A stretch of 64,000 nucleotides of DNA from Trueperaceae bacterium (GCA_034521815.1 JAXHLW010000013.1:1504001-1568000); one strand, 5' to 3'. Shown: positions 37,586 to 48,906, counted from the first letter of the stretch. Translations and numbers: made by a program. The notes: generated by a model not told the origin, from the letters alone.

Positions 37586-40500
37586 CGGCTTCACCGACGC
37601 CCTTACCCAGCCTCACGTCCGTGGCGCGTCTGGCCAGCAGGGCGACCGACGTTCCCGGCCTCGCGCGCGCTGTGCTCGAACCGCTTGGCCGCCTCGGTGT
37701 GCCGCTAGCGGTGCGCGCCCCGTTCCACGGCACCGGCGAAGGCATGGTCATCTGCGCCTTCTACGCCGACCTCGAGGATGGATGCTTGCGCGAGCACGTG
37801 CAGGCCGGATTCGACAGCGCCATGCTCGCTGGCCTCGGCGACACGGAGCCGACACGGATCGATGCGGCACGCCTCCGTGCCGCCGGTCCTGGCGTGCCCG
37901 ACTGGGCCGGCTCGGGTTTGTGGCTACCGAACGCCGAGGATGATGCGGTATACCGCGGCCTGGTCGTGGTCGCGCCCTCGCCCGACGACTTGGACACGCG
38001 TCTGGCCACTTGGCTCGAGGTCGCGTCGTCGATCGTCGCGGGCCATGCCGCGCGGCTCGTTGCCACGACGTCGGGCGCCCGAGACGCGATCCTCTCAGGC
38101 GCTGTCGACGGCTCGGCCGCGCACGGCTCGGCTGGACGCGACGCGACCACGGCCGGCGGGGCGCCGACACCGCAGCCGTCCGAGAGGCGCATCGACGTGT
38201 CGAATCGCGGCTTCAGGGCGCTGATCGAGCACAGCCACAGCGCCACCCTGCTCGTCGACCCGCAAGCGACGATCCTCTACGCCAGTCCCGCCGCCGAGCG
38301 AATATTGCAGGTGCCGGCCGCGCTCCAGCTGGGCCAGTACGCCATGGGGTTGATTCACCCGGACGACGTGGACGCCGTTCAGGAGCGCCTCGAACGCGCC
38401 CTGGAGGCACCCGGCGCGGTCTTCGAGAGCCGGGTGCGCATCCACCGAGCCGACGGCGCATGGCGATGGATCGACGTGACCATGACCAACCTGCTCTCGG
38501 AGCCCACCGTGGGAGCGCTCGTGGTGAACTACCTCGACGTCACCGAGCGCGTCGTGGCCGAACAGGCGCTGGAGAGCCGCGAGCGCCACTGGCGAGCGCT
38601 GCTCGCGAACAGCAGCGACGTCATCGCACGAATCGATGCGCAGGGCACGATCTTGTACGCCAACGACGCCTTCGCGTCGGCGACGGGTCATGCGCTCGAC
38701 GACGTGATGGGCCGCTCCGCGCTCGAGTGGGTCCATCCGGACGACGCCGGGGCTGTGAGGGACCAGCTGGCTGGCGTGGCCAGCTCGGGGCGTACCGCGA
38801 GCGCGACGTACCGATTCCGCCGTTCCGACGGTGGCTGGCGCTGGTGGGAGTCGGTCGCCAGCAATCACTTGGACGATCCCTCCGTCGAGGCGATGGTCGT
38901 CAACGCGCGCGACGTCACGGAGCGGCGCCGCGCGCAGGAGGAGGCCAGCCGACAGCAGGACCTGCTCCATGCCTCGATGGAAGCGCTCCCCGGTCCCTTT
39001 TACCTCTTCGACGGCGAAGGGCGGTTCGTGCTCTGGAACCGGGAGCTCGAGCGGTCCACGGGACGCTCGGCTCAGGAGGTGGCGCAGGCGGCTCCCAGCG
39101 ACTTCTTCAGCGAAGTCGAGGGAGCACGCGTCGCCGAGGCGATCGACGAGGTGCTGAGCCACGGCCGGTCCACCGTCGAGGCCAGCTTCCTCCGCCCCGA
39201 CGACACCTCGACGCCCTACCTCTTCGGCGGCCAGCGTGTCCTCGTCGACGGTCACCCGCACGTCGTGGGGATGGGCGTCGAGCTGACCGAGCTGCGACGA
39301 GCGGTCGAATCGACCGAGTTCCAGGCAGAGCTCCTTCGCGAGGTGCCCAACGCGGTGATCGCGACGGACGCCGACGGGACCGTCACCTACTGGAACCCGG
39401 CCGCGGAGCGTCTCTACGGCTGGACCGCGGACGAGGCGATCGGCCGCGTCGTCACCGATCTGACGGTGCCCGTGGCAGCCGACGAGGCGGCGGCCGCGAT
39501 CATGACGACGGTGCTGAGCGACGGGCGCTGGGAAGGGCGGTTCACGGCCCGGGCGAAGGACGGTCGGACCTTCCCCATCGTGACCGCGCTCTCGCGGATC
39601 AGCGCGCCCGGCGGGACGCTCGCCGGCATCGTGGCCGTCTCTTCCGACGACAGCGAGCGTGTCCGGCGCGAGGAAGATCGGCAGGCGCTGATGGCCGAAC
39701 TTAGCGAGCGGGTCAAGGAGCTGCAAGTCCTTCACGACGCGGCCCTGATCCTGCAGGACGAGCGCGCGCCGATCGCCGGCCTGGTGCAGGACCTCGCCGG
39801 GCGGGTCCCGCTGGCCTGGAAGCACTCGCCGGACGCCTCCGCTCGCGTTCGCGTCGGGAACGAGGTCGGCACCTCGCCGGGCTTCGCGGAGACCGGATGG
39901 GTGATGCAGGAGCAGCGAACGCTTCGCGACGGTACCCCTGTCGAGATCGACGTCGCCTACCTTCACGAGCACGCCCCCGCGGACGAGGGGCCCTTCCTGA
40001 GCGAGGAGCGCTCGCTGATCGCTTCGCTGACGCAGATGCTGATCACCTACCTGGAGCGGCGCAGGGGCCACGAGCTCAACGAACGACTGAACCGGGAGCT
40101 CGGGCACCAGGTGGAGCGCCTCGCGGCGCTGCAACGCATCGACGCCGCCATCATCGTGGCGGACGAGCTGTCGATAACCCTGAGCGTGGTGCTCGAGCAA
40201 GTGGTGCCTGCGCTCCGCGTCGACGCCGCCAACGTGCTCCTCTTCGATCCGGAACGAGAGCGACTGGAGTACGCCCACGGAACCGGGTTCCGCACGGACG
40301 AGGTGCGTTCTACCTCGCTCGCCCTCGACGAAGGAATCGCGGGGCGCGCGGTGGCGAGCGGACGCCCGGTGTTCGAAGGGGACGTCCGCACGGCCGATCC
40401 TCCCTTCGTTCGCCGGTCGCTTCTGGAACGGGAGGGCTTCGTCAGCTACGTGGGGCTGCCCTTGATCGCCAAGGGTGAGCGCAAAGGGCTGCTGGAGCTG

Positions 40501-41211
40501 TTCCACCGCTCCCGCTTGCAGCCCGTCGGGGATTGGTGGGACTTCGCCACCGCCCTGGCGCAACAGGCCGCCATCGCGGTCGACAACCGGCAGCTGTTCG
40601 ACCAGCTGGTCGACGCCAACGATGCCCTCCAGGACGCCTACGACGCCACGATCGCGGGCTGGGCGCGCGCACTGGATCTCAAGGACGAGGAGACCGCCGG
40701 CCACAGCGTCCGCGTCACCGACACCACCGTGTCGCTGGCTCGGCGATTCGGCATCGTCGAGCCGGAGCTGCACTTCGTTCGCTGGGGAGCGCTCCTGCAC
40801 GACATCGGCAAGATGGGCGTTCCCGATCGCATCCTTCTCAAGCCGGACAAGCTGACCGACGAGGAGCGCACCGTCGTGCAGCGACACACCACCTACGCCT
40901 ACGAGCTGCTGGCCCCGATCGCGTTCCTGCACAAAGCCATCGACATCCCCTACGCTCACCACGAGCGCTTCGACGGGAGCGGCTACCCAGGCGGGCTCGC
41001 GGGCGACGCGATCCCGCTGGCGGCTCGCATCTTCGCCATCGTCGACGTCTTCGACGCGCTCACCTCCGACCGGCCCTACCGGGCGGCCTGGTCGCGCGCC
41101 GCCGCGCTGGACCACATCCGCTCGGAATCCGGGCGGCACTTCGATCCCACAGTCGTCGATGCCTTCCTGGAAATGATCGGCGATGACGACCAGGGGTCCT
41201 CGTCGACCTGA
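37582..41211 (+). CDS. Multi-PAS, GAF, HD-GYP cyclic-dinucleotide phosphodiesterase
   Basis: Four PAS repeats, GAF, 'GHSVRV', 'LLHDIGK', '[11 protein letters not shown]', 'DRPYR'. Confidence 0.93.
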   Translation: MTASPTPLPSLTSVARLASRATDVPGLARAVLEPLGRLGVPLAVRAPFHGTGEGMVICAFYADLEDGCLREHVQAGFDSAMLAGLGDTEPTRIDAARLRAAGPGVPDWAGSGLWLPNAEDDAVYRGLVVVAPSPDDLDTRLATWLEVASSIVAGHAARLVATTSGARDAILSGAVDGSAAHGSAGRDATTAGGAPTPQPSERRIDVSNRGFRALIEHSHSATLLVDPQATILYASPAAERILQVPAALQLGQYAMGLIHPDDVDAVQERLERALEAPGAVFESRVRIHRADGAWRWIDVTMTNLLSEPTVGALVVNYLDVTERVVAEQALESRERHWRALLANSSDVIARIDAQGTILYANDAFASATGHALDDVMGRSALEWVHPDDAGAVRDQLAGVASSGRTASATYRFRRSDGGWRWWESVASNHLDDPSVEAMVVNARDVTERRRAQEEASRQQDLLHASMEALPGPFYLFDGEGRFVLWNRELERSTGRSAQEVAQAAPSDFFSEVEGARVAEAIDEVLSHGRSTVEASFLRPDDTSTPYLFGGQRVLVDGHPHVVGMGVELTELRRAVESTEFQAELLREVPNAVIATDADGTVTYWNPAAERLYGWTADEAIGRVVTDLTVPVAADEAAAAIMTTVLSDGRWEGRFTARAKDGRTFPIVTALSRISAPGGTLAGIVAVSSDDSERVRREEDRQALMAELSERVKELQVLHDAALILQDERAPIAGLVQDLAGRVPLAWKHSPDASARVRVGNEVGTSPGFAETGWVMQEQRTLRDGTPVEIDVAYLHEHAPADEGPFLSEERSLIASLTQMLITYLERRRGHELNERLNRELGHQVERLAALQRIDAAIIVADELSITLSVVLEQVVPALRVDAANVLLFDPERERLEYAHGTGFRTDEVRSTSLALDEGIAGRAVASGRPVFEGDVRTADPPFVRRSLLEREGFVSYVGLPLIAKGERKGLLELFHRSRLQPVGDWWDFATALAQQAAIAVDNRQLFDQLVDANDALQDAYDATIAGWARALDLKDEETAGHSVRVTDTTVSLARRFGIVEPELHFVRWGALLHDIGKMGVPDRILLKPDKLTDEERTVVQRHTTYAYELLAPIAFLHKAIDIPYAHHERFDGSGYPGGLAGDAIPLAARIFAIVDVFDALTSDRPYRAAWSRAAALDHIRSESGRHFDPTVVDAFLEMIGDDDQGSSST

Positions 41212-41266
41212 GGCCAAGGGGGACCGGGCACCGGAAGCGCGTGCCCGACCCCGGTAGGCTGCGGAC

Positions 41267-41709
41267 ATGCACCCGGGCCACCAGCACCTCCTCGTAGTGA
41301 CTGCGGTTGAACACCCCGATCCGGCCGCGCTGCGGCAGCGCCCGCGCGATGCGCCATAGGAAATCGTGGTCCAGCTCGGCCCGAGAGGGCTGCTCGAACG
41401 ACGTAACCTGGCAACCGGCCGGGTTCACACCGCGCAGCACGTGGCGAATGGTGCCGTCCTTGCCGGCCGCGTCCATCGCCTGGAACACCAGCAGGACGGC
41501 GAACCGGTCGTCGGCGTACAGCTGCCGCTGCAGATCGCGCAGCCTCTTGCGCGCCTTCTTGAGCGCCTTCCCGTTCGCCTTGCGGTCGGGGGCGTCCTGC
41601 GGCGGCGCGGTCGCCGCGTCCGCCAACACGAACGAGCCGTCGAACGGAACGCGGAACGGGCTGTCCGTCGGCGAGATCCAAGCAGGTTCCATGGCCCAGA
41701 GTACCGGCT
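41267..41709 (-). pseudogene. ppk2: Truncated second copy of ppk2 (promoter plus 5' half)
   Basis: Ungapped match to 10497-10939, about 23 mismatches in 443 bp by hand count; breaks after '[11 protein letters not shown]'. Confidence 0.93.
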
Positions 41710-41841
41710 GGGGCACGGGCCTCGCCGCTCCAGGCCGTGCCCGGCATCGACCGAGGAGCGAGGGCGACCGTGTCGCCAGCGCAGCGGCAAGGTGCGCAGG
41801 CGCTCGCGTATCGTCGGATGCGCCCGTGAGGAGAGGATCCG

Positions 41842-42513
41842 ATGCGTTCCCTGATCGAGCTCGCTCCCGACGTATGGCAGCTGCCGCTCCTGCCGCTGCA
41901 CGGTCTGAACGCCTACCTCGTCGGCGACGTCGTCGTCGACGCCGGCCTGCCGGCCTCCGAATCGCGGTTGCTGGAGGCGCTCTCGGGTCGCCACGTGACG
42001 GCGCACCTGTTGACGCACGCCCATCCCGACCACCAGGGGGCCAGCGCCGCGCTGTGCGAGGCGCGCTCGATCCCGTTCTGGTGCGGTGTCCGTGATCGCG
42101 ACGCCGCCGAGCACGCGACCTTCGCAGCTCCGTTCCGCGGGCCCCGCCGTCGGCTGTTCCAGGCCGCCGAGCGGCTGGGCGGAGCCGGACACCCGGTCGA
42201 CCGCACGCTGCGCGAGGGCGACGCGGTCGCCGGCTTCGAGGTGATCGAGACGCCCGGGCACACGCCGGGCCACATCTCGCTCTGGCGAGCGTCCGATCGC
42301 GTCGTCGTCCTCGGCGACGTCGCCTCGCACCGGAACCCGCTCGCGCTGAGGGCGGGTCTGCGCGAGTCGTCGCGGCTGTTCACCCACGATCCGGAGCAGA
42401 ACCGGCGCTCGCTCCGCACGATCGCCGGCCTGCGTCCCCGCTTGGTCTGCTTCGGGCACGGGCCGCCCCTGGCCGACGGGGAACGCTTCTCCCGCTGGGC
42501 GGACGCGCTGTAG
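41842..42513 (+). CDS. MBL-fold metallo-hydrolase
   Basis: 'VDAG', THAHPDH, 'TPGHTPGH', 'GDV', 'FGHG'. Confidence 0.92.
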   Translation: MRSLIELAPDVWQLPLLPLHGLNAYLVGDVVVDAGLPASESRLLEALSGRHVTAHLLTHAHPDHQGASAALCEARSIPFWCGVRDRDAAEHATFAAPFRGPRRRLFQAAERLGGAGHPVDRTLREGDAVAGFEVIETPGHTPGHISLWRASDRVVVLGDVASHRNPLALRAGLRESSRLFTHDPEQNRRSLRTIAGLRPRLVCFGHGPPLADGERFSRWADAL

Positions 42514-42633
42514 GCAGGCGGCGCCGACCTGGGCCCCACACGACCGCGGACTCGCGTCCGAGCAGGCGCCGTCGCCGAACGTCTCGGTGCTGCTCCCGTC
42601 ACGGACCCGTCCCCTCGCTCGAGCCCGGTTTCT

Positions 42634-43527
42634 TCACTGCACGATGCGCACGTTCCATCCGAATTCGCGGTCATCGGGGCATCTGGCGGTACCCCCGAAG
42701 GAGTACCCATCGTCTCCCTGCCAGGTGGTGGTGAAGGCGCACGACGGTCCACCGCGAAGGTCGGTGATCGCCCAGTCGAGACCGTCGGTCCGCGCGACCG
42801 ATGTCCAGCGGTAGTTGCCGCAGCACCACACCGCATCACCGAACGCCCAGCACAGCTGGTGAGGATACGGCACCACGGTGTACAGGTAGTCCGGCGTCGC
42901 GCCCGGCTCCGGGGGACAGCCACCGCCGTTGGGGCCGTAGTCTGGGCCGAAGCCGTCAGCGAGCAACCCGTCGCGGAATGCGTCCATCTCGACCGGATCG
43001 AACGGGTCCGGGCCGCCGGCAACCGCCGTGTCGACGTCGAACACGTTCGGGAGCTCGGTGTCCGGGGTATACCCCGTCAGCTCCGACACGCGGTCGTCGT
43101 ACATGCCCATCGCGGCGGCGTACATGGTGCGGAACGTGTCGGCGGCCATGGCGAAACCGAACGCCGGGCCGCTCGCGAGCGCCTGCCAGTACGTGGCGTG
43201 CTCCAGCGCGACCAGCAGGCAGTCGAACGCGTCGCGGCGCGCCGGATCGTCGCCGACCGCGGGTGCCTGCCGGCCCAGCGCGTAGCCGACGAGGATGGCG
43301 CGGTCCGCGTCGCTCAGCGACCGGTCGCCACGCAGCATCGGGAAGTGCTCGTTCAGGTAGTCGCTGAAGCGCTGCGCGATGGGCGAGCCCAGCGCCTGCT
43401 CCGGGACCGGACAGGCCGCCTCCGCGCGCGGGGCGGCGGCGAGGACGGCCAACACGCACCCGACGGCGAGCATCGCGCGCACCGAGGTACGTGTCGGAAT
43501 CGAGGATTCATGACGCAGTCGGGGCAT
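42634..43527 (-). CDS. Secreted hypothetical protein with a Cys/Trp-rich C-terminal domain
   Basis: SD GAGGAGG, signal peptide ending AEA-A; no family recognised. Confidence 0.7.
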   Translation of the reverse strand: MPRLRHESSIPTRTSVRAMLAVGCVLAVLAAAPRAEAACPVPEQALGSPIAQRFSDYLNEHFPMLRGDRSLSDADRAILVGYALGRQAPAVGDDPARRDAFDCLLVALEHATYWQALASGPAFGFAMAADTFRTMYAAAMGMYDDRVSELTGYTPDTELPNVFDVDTAVAGGPDPFDPVEMDAFRDGLLADGFGPDYGPNGGGCPPEPGATPDYLYTVVPYPHQLCWAFGDAVWCCGNYRWTSVARTDGLDWAITDLRGGPSCAFTTTWQGDDGYSFGGTARCPDDREFGWNVRIVQ

Positions 43528-43689
43528 CGCATACCTCCTCGAGGAGGGCGCCTGCCGGCAGCGGCCCCGGCAGGCAGAAACCGGGGCGAACACGTACGCT
43601 ACACCGCTTGCGTGAAGAATAGCACAAGGCCGGTGCCGTCGCTGCCGTCTGCCCGTCTGCCCGTCGATGGGGGTTGGATCACGGCCAGC

Positions 43690-43718
43690 TTGCCGTACAT
43701 CCATATGTGTCGTAAGGT
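43690..43718 (+). promoter_or_regulatory. Leaderless promoter TTGCCG-17-TAAGGT-N7-ATG
   Basis: Read directly upstream of the antitoxin. Confidence 0.7.
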
Positions 43719-43725
43719 GAACCAG

Positions 43726-43956
43726 ATGAAGACCACGCTGGTCATCGACGACACCGTCGTCCGGCGCCTGCGCCAGGAGGCCGCGAAGCGCGGCGTCACC
43801 ATGTCCGCGCTCGTCGAGGCGGGCCTCCGCCGGGTCCTGGACGAGCCGACGGCGTCGGTGGAGCCGCTGCCCCCGCTGCCACGCTGGAACGGTGGCGGTG
43901 CACGCGTCGACGTCGCGGACCGCGACGCGCTGTACGCGCTCCTCGACCGGGACTGA
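43726..43956 (+). CDS. vapB: RHH (VapB-type) antitoxin
   Basis: 'MKTTLVIDDTVVRRLRQEAAKRGVTMSALVEAGLR'. Confidence 0.85.
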   Translation: MKTTLVIDDTVVRRLRQEAAKRGVTMSALVEAGLRRVLDEPTASVEPLPPLPRWNGGGARVDVADRDALYALLDRD

Positions 43957-43961
43957 ACGGC

Positions 43962-44411
43962 GTGGTCGTCGTGGACACCAACGTCCTGCTCTACGCCGCG
44001 GACGAGAGCAGTGAGTTCCACGCGCCGTGCCGGACCTTGCTCGAGGGGCTGCGGTCCGGGCCCCTCCCGTGGTTCCTTACCTGGGGCATCGCCTACGAGT
44101 TCCTGCGCGTCGCTACCCACCCGCGCCTCTACCCGCATCCATGGGCGGCGTCCGAGGCGCATGCGTTCCTCGAGGCGTTGCTGCGCTCCCCGAGCGCACG
44201 GCTGCTGACCCCCACGGCGCGCCATGCGGAGGTCCTTGCCGCGTCGCTCGTCGACGTCCCCGAAGCGCGCGGCAACCTCCTTCACGACCTCCACACCGCG
44301 GTCCTCATGCGCGAGCACGGGGTCAGTCGCATCGTCACGCGCGACCGCGACTTCCACCGCTTCGCGTTCCTCGACGTCGTCGATCCGCTCCGGATGGAGC
44401 GCATCGGCTGA
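43962..44411 (+). CDS. vapC: PIN-domain VapC toxin
   Basis: 'VDTNVLLYA', 'YEFLRVATHP', 'GNLLHDLH', 'TRDRDF'. Confidence 0.93.
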   Translation: MVVVDTNVLLYAADESSEFHAPCRTLLEGLRSGPLPWFLTWGIAYEFLRVATHPRLYPHPWAASEAHAFLEALLRSPSARLLTPTARHAEVLAASLVDVPEARGNLLHDLHTAVLMREHGVSRIVTRDRDFHRFAFLDVVDPLRMERIG

Positions 44412-44812
44412 GGGGCGCTTCCGAACCCGGATCGGATCCGCCTCCGCACGACTCGGACGCCGCCTCCGCGAACTGGCTGCCACCTTGCCGCGCCGCGCCG
44501 AGGTTATCTCGCGCTCCTCGACCGGCATGCGCTCGCGCGCGACGGCGACCACCCGCTTCATGCTCACGCTCCATCGCGGCGTGTGACGAGCATGCCGTCC
44601 TCGACGATGGCGGTGAGGTCGTTGGTGGTCTTCGCCTCAGGGAACTAGCGGCTGTGACGCCGGGATCCGAGCCCCGTCGGTCGAACCCGGCACCACCCCA
44701 CCACCGGCGCCTCACGACGCGCCCCCTCGAGCCGCTCGCCATGCCGCCGTGACGTCGAAGCGATCGGCCTCCCGTCCAGCTGGTTCGCCCCCGCCTCCAG
44801 TACGCTGCGGCC

Positions 44813-45565
44813 ATGCGCGACCTGGCCACCATCGCGACGGCGCTGCGACGCGCCCACGGGATCGTGGTCCTCACCGGCGCGGGCGTATCGGTCGAGAGCG
44901 GGCTGCGTCCGTTCCGTGGGACCGACGGCTGGTGGCGGGGGCACGACCCGACGCGGCTCGCGACGCCCGAGGCGTTCGCCGCCGACCCGGCGCTCGTGAG
45001 CGAGTGGTACGACGCGCGCCGCCTGACGGCCCTTGCCGCTGAGCCCAACGCGGGACATCGCGCCATCGCTGCGCTGGAGCGACTGGTGGTGGACGCCGGT
45101 GGGCGCTTCGCGCTGCTGACGCAGAACGTCGACGGTCTGCACCGGCGCGCCGGCAGCGAACGCCTGGTCGAGCTCCACGGCAGCATCACGGTGTGGCGCG
45201 ACCACCGCTCGGGCCGGAAGGTGATGCCCGAGCCGGTACCGTTTACCTCGCATCCACAGTCGGGTCCGGACAACGGCTGGCTGCGTCCCGACGTGGTGTG
45301 GTTCGGCGAGATGCTGCCCAGCGAAGCGTGGTCGGCCGCCGAGGCGGCGCTGGAACTGGTGCGACCTGTTCCTGGTCATCGGCACGAGCGCGGCCGTCTA
45401 CCCGCAGCTGGCCTGGTGGGCCGAGCGGCCGCGGTGGGCGCCGTCACGGTCGAGATCAACATCGAGCCCACACCGGCTCCGGTCGAGTACCGCTTGATCG
45501 GACCTTCCGGCAAGGTGTTGCCTAGCCTGTTGGAGGAAGCGTTCGGGATCGAGCCGACGGCGTAA
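44813..45565 (+). CDS. cobB: Sirtuin NAD-dependent deacylase (CobB-like), local compensating frameshift at about 45355-45405
   Basis: 'LTGAGVSVESG..PFRG', 'TQNVDGLH', 'ELHG', 'LRPDVVWFGE'; shifted frame has 'DLFLVIGTSAAVYP'. Confidence 0.88.
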   Translation: MRDLATIATALRRAHGIVVLTGAGVSVESGLRPFRGTDGWWRGHDPTRLATPEAFAADPALVSEWYDARRLTALAAEPNAGHRAIAALERLVVDAGGRFALLTQNVDGLHRRAGSERLVELHGSITVWRDHRSGRKVMPEPVPFTSHPQSGPDNGWLRPDVVWFGEMLPSEAWSAAEAALELVRPVPGHRHERGRLPAAGLVGRAAAVGAVTVEINIEPTPAPVEYRLIGPSGKVLPSLLEEAFGIEPTA

Positions 45566-46043
45566 GCGACGGCTCCGCGGCAGGCGCGATCACGGCCGCT
45601 GCCGTCCCGATGCCACGCCACGAATCGCGCGCGTCGGATCGACGAACGTGTGCCCGCGTCGGTGGTTGGACGACCCGGTGACCTGCAGCCAGCTCCCCGT
45701 CGGGGCCCCGGAACGAGAACAGCTGACGCCCGCTGTCCAAGGTCTGCACCGCGTCGTCGAGCAGCGGCACCCCCGCGTCGCGCAGCCGCGCGAACGCCGC
45801 CGGCACGTCGTCGGCCTGGAACGCGAGGTGGTGCACGAGACCGTCGCCGTCGAGGTGATCGGAGAGGCCGGCGATCAGCTCGAGCTGGGCTCCGCCGCCT
45901 GGTGGCGCGAGGAAGGCGATCTTCGCGCCGTTCGCGAGCGAGGCGCGATCGACGACCCCGAAGCCGAAGTGGCGCTCGTAGAAGCCGATGGACCGTTCGA
46001 GGTCCGTGACGCGAACGGCGACGTGATGGAGGCCTGTGGTCAT
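45522..46043 (-). CDS. VOC/glyoxalase family protein (3' end uncertain, frameshift near 45690)
   Basis: 'LHHVAVRVTDLERSIGFY', 'LELI', 'HHLAF', 'GPDGE'. Confidence 0.85.
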   Translation of the reverse strand: MTTGLHHVAVRVTDLERSIGFYERHFGFGVVDRASLANGAKIAFLAPPGGGAQLELIAGLSDHLDGDGLVHHLAFQADDVPAAFARLRDAGVPLLDDAVQTLDSGRQLFSFRGPDGELAAGHRVVQPPTRAHVRRSDARDSWRGIGTAAAVIAPAAEPSLTPSARSRTLPPTG

Positions 46044-46115
46044 GGCTCAGCCTACCGGCCCACTGCCCGCTCGCCGCCGCGGTACGTGGCTCGCGACGGT
46101 GCTCGACGTGGCGCT

Positions 46116-46169
46116 CGGCACGTGTCGAAGCGGCACGTGTCAAGCGGCACGTCACGAAGCCGCACGTCG
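46116..46169 (+). repeat. Imperfect 14-15-bp tandem repeat CGGCACGTGTCGAAG x~4
   Basis: Read directly in the VOC/flavodoxin divergent spacer. Confidence 0.7.
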
Positions 46170-46348
46170 TCACGTCGACGTCGGCGCGATCACGATGCGA
46201 CGATCAGCGCTGTCGCGACCACCGAAAGCACGACGAGATGCGTGCCGAGCAGGAGACGGAACCGTCCGAGCATGCGCCCGCCGCTACACCTGCGAGGGAT
46301 AGGCTGATTCCGGCCAGTCCGATGGCCAGCGTGGCATGAAGGAGGATC

Positions 46349-46852
46349 GTGTCCGAGCACCGCGAAGCATGGGTCGTCTACGACTCCGTACACGGCAACA
46401 CCCGAGCGATCGCCTCCGCGATCGCCGAAGGCCTGAGGAGTAGCGGGCCGGTCCAGATGGTCCCTGCCGGCGACGCGGATCCTGCCCGCTGGCTCGGCGC
46501 TCGCGCCGTGGTCTTGGGCTGTCCGACGCACGGATTCTCGATGAGCCCGGCGATGAAGGAGCTCGCCGCTCAGCTGACGCGCGGCACGCCGAGCGACGTG
46601 CCGCTCGCGGCGTTCGACACGCGCTTCGGGGTCGAGGACATGCCGTCGAGGGTGCTGAAGGTCATCGTCTCGATCGTCGGCAAGCGTGCGTGGGCAGCGA
46701 CGGATCTGGCCGCATCGGCGTCCGTGCAGGTGCGCAAGCTGCTCGCCCAGCCTGCAGGCTTCTTCGTTCGCGATACGGAGGGTCCGCTGGCGAAGGCGAG
46801 CTCGAGCGGGCCACGGCGTGCGGGTCGCGCGCTGATCACGGCACCGCGCTGA
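46349..46852 (+). CDS. Flavodoxin family protein (3' frameshift likely)
   Basis: 'VVYDSVHGNT', 'GCPTH', 'AAFDTR', 'EGPL'. Confidence 0.85.
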   Translation: MSEHREAWVVYDSVHGNTRAIASAIAEGLRSSGPVQMVPAGDADPARWLGARAVVLGCPTHGFSMSPAMKELAAQLTRGTPSDVPLAAFDTRFGVEDMPSRVLKVIVSIVGKRAWAATDLAASASVQVRKLLAQPAGFFVRDTEGPLAKASSSGPRRAGRALITAPR

Positions 46853-46920
46853 ACGTAGCTCTCGAACAGTACACTCGCACGTAGACGCGCGATCGCTCGC
46901 TCGTCCCGAGGAGGGCCCAC

Positions 46921-48854
46921 GTGGCTGTTCGTCGCACCCTGGCCGCGATCTCGGCTCTCGTCGTCGCGTCTGCTGCTCGCCGTTTCCGCCTGCTGGCGTC
47001 CGGACGGGTCTGGCCGAGCCGCCAGCGCCTGCGACGGGTCGGCACGACCGTCGGCGCGATCGGCCGGTGCGGCGATCCAGCTACCCTGATCCACGAGATC
47101 CAGGGCGCCGGCCCGATCAGCCCGCTGACGGGCCGCAGCGTCGCGATCGAAGGTGTCGTGGTCGGTGACTTTCAGGAGGGCGACGGCGACGACGCCGACC
47201 TGCGGCGGCTTCTTCGTGCAGGAAGAGGACGCCGACGCGGACGGCGACCCGGCGACGTCCGAGGGTGTCTTCGTGTTCGCACCCGGCGCGCCCGACGTTC
47301 GGGTCGGCGACGTCGTCCGGATCGAGGGCGACGCGAACGAGTTCTCCGGGATGACGCAGCTCTCGAACACGACATTGCTGGCCTGCGATACGGCCGTGAC
47401 GCTGCCGACCGCGACGGAGATCGCGCTCCCGCTGGAATCGCTCGACGCTCTCGAGGCGTTCGAAGGCATGGTCGTCACCTTCCCGCAGGAGCTGTTCATC
47501 GCCGAGTTCTTCGACTTCGACCGCTTCGGCGAGATCGTCCTGGCCGCACCGCTCGACGTCAGTCCCGCCGCCTCGGGCCGGCACTACCAGCCGACCAGTT
47601 ACGTGACGTCCGAGCCCAACGCGCTAGGCCGCGCTCGGAGGCCGATCGCACTGAACCGCATCACGCTCGACGACGGCCGGACGACACAGAATCCGGAGGC
47701 GCCCCGGCATCCGAACGGAAAGCCGTTCAGTCTCACGAACCGCTTCCGTGGCGGGGACACCGTCACCGACTACGACCGGCGTCCTCCATGACGCGTTCGG
47801 CCTCTACCGCATCCAGCCGACGCGAGGCGCCGAGTACGCGGCGGCGAACCCACGTCCGCTCGCACCGGGCCACGTCGGCGGGAACGTCACGGTCGCCACG
47901 CTCAACGTCCTGAACTACTTCGCCACCCTCGACGACCGCGGTGCCTATCTGCGGACCGAGGCGCGATCAGGAGTGCCGCGGCGCGGACGACGCCGAGGAG
48001 TTCGGCCGTCAGCGCGACAAGATCTTCGCCGCCCTCGGCGCGATGGACGCAGACGTCGTCGGCCTCGTCGAGATCGAGAACGACGCCGCCAACGTCGCCC
48101 TCGGCGACCTGATCGACGGCCTGAACGACGTCGTGGGGACTGGAAGCTATGCCGCGATCCAGACCGGTCCGGTCGGGCAGCGACGCCATCCGCGTCGCCC
48201 TGATCTACCAGCCCGCCAGCGTCACGCCCATCGGCGACGTCGCCGTGCTGGCCACGCCAGCCTTCCTCGATCCGGCCGGCGTCGGCGACGACGCGAACCG
48301 GGCCGCCCTGGCGCAGACGTTCGCGCCGGCGGGCGGCGGGCAGGCGGTCACCGTCGTCGTGAACCACCTCAAGAGCAAGGGCTCCCCCTGCGGCCCTGGC
48401 GACGACGACCCGGTCCAGGGCAGCTGCAATCGCACGCGCACGCTGGCGGCACGGGAGCTGCTGGCGTGGGTCTCGACCGATCCGACGGGCAGCGGCAGCC
48501 CGCACGTCCTGCTGATCGGCGACTACAACGCGTACGACGAGGAAGACCCCATCGACGTCCTGCTGCGCGGCGGGTACGCCGACCTGCTCGAGGCGTTCCA
48601 GGGAGAGGAGGCGTACACCTACGTGTTCGACGGCATGCTCGGATACCTCGACTACGCGTTCGCCAGCGACAGCCTCACGAGCAGCGGCCGGGTGACCGGC
48701 GCGACCGCCTGGCCGATCAACGCCGACGAGCCCGACATTCTCGATTACGACACGAGCTTCAAGGGACCCCGGCAGGCGGCGCTGTACGAGCCCGAACGCG
48801 TACCGCTCGTCCGACCACGACCCGGTCATCGTCGGACTGGACCTGGCCGACTAG
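46921..48854 (+). CDS. ExeM/NucH family extracellular endonuclease, several frameshifts
   Basis: 'IHEIQG', 'GFFVQE', 'SEGVFV', 'FEGMVV', 'LDDG', 'NVLNYF', 'NHLKSKG', 'GDYNAY', 'SSDHDPV'. Confidence 0.88.
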
Positions 48855-48906
48855 CCCCGCGTCTCGAAACACGGTCCGCCCTCGCCACTCCGGTATGGTT
48901 CGTTCC

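Noticed and set aside
38095-41268. 1057-aa antisense ORF and similar long shadow ORFs
   Set aside because: Mirror frames of real genes in high-GC DNA with no recognisable motifs
44676-44703. tRNA-like 3' end (GTCGGTCGAACCCGGCACCACCCCACCA)
   Set aside because: T-loop is one base short and there is no matching 5' half; at most a weak att-like relic
44813-45565. Sir2-based anti-phage system
   Set aside because: Housekeeping CobB-type motifs and no TIR, HerA or Argonaute partner
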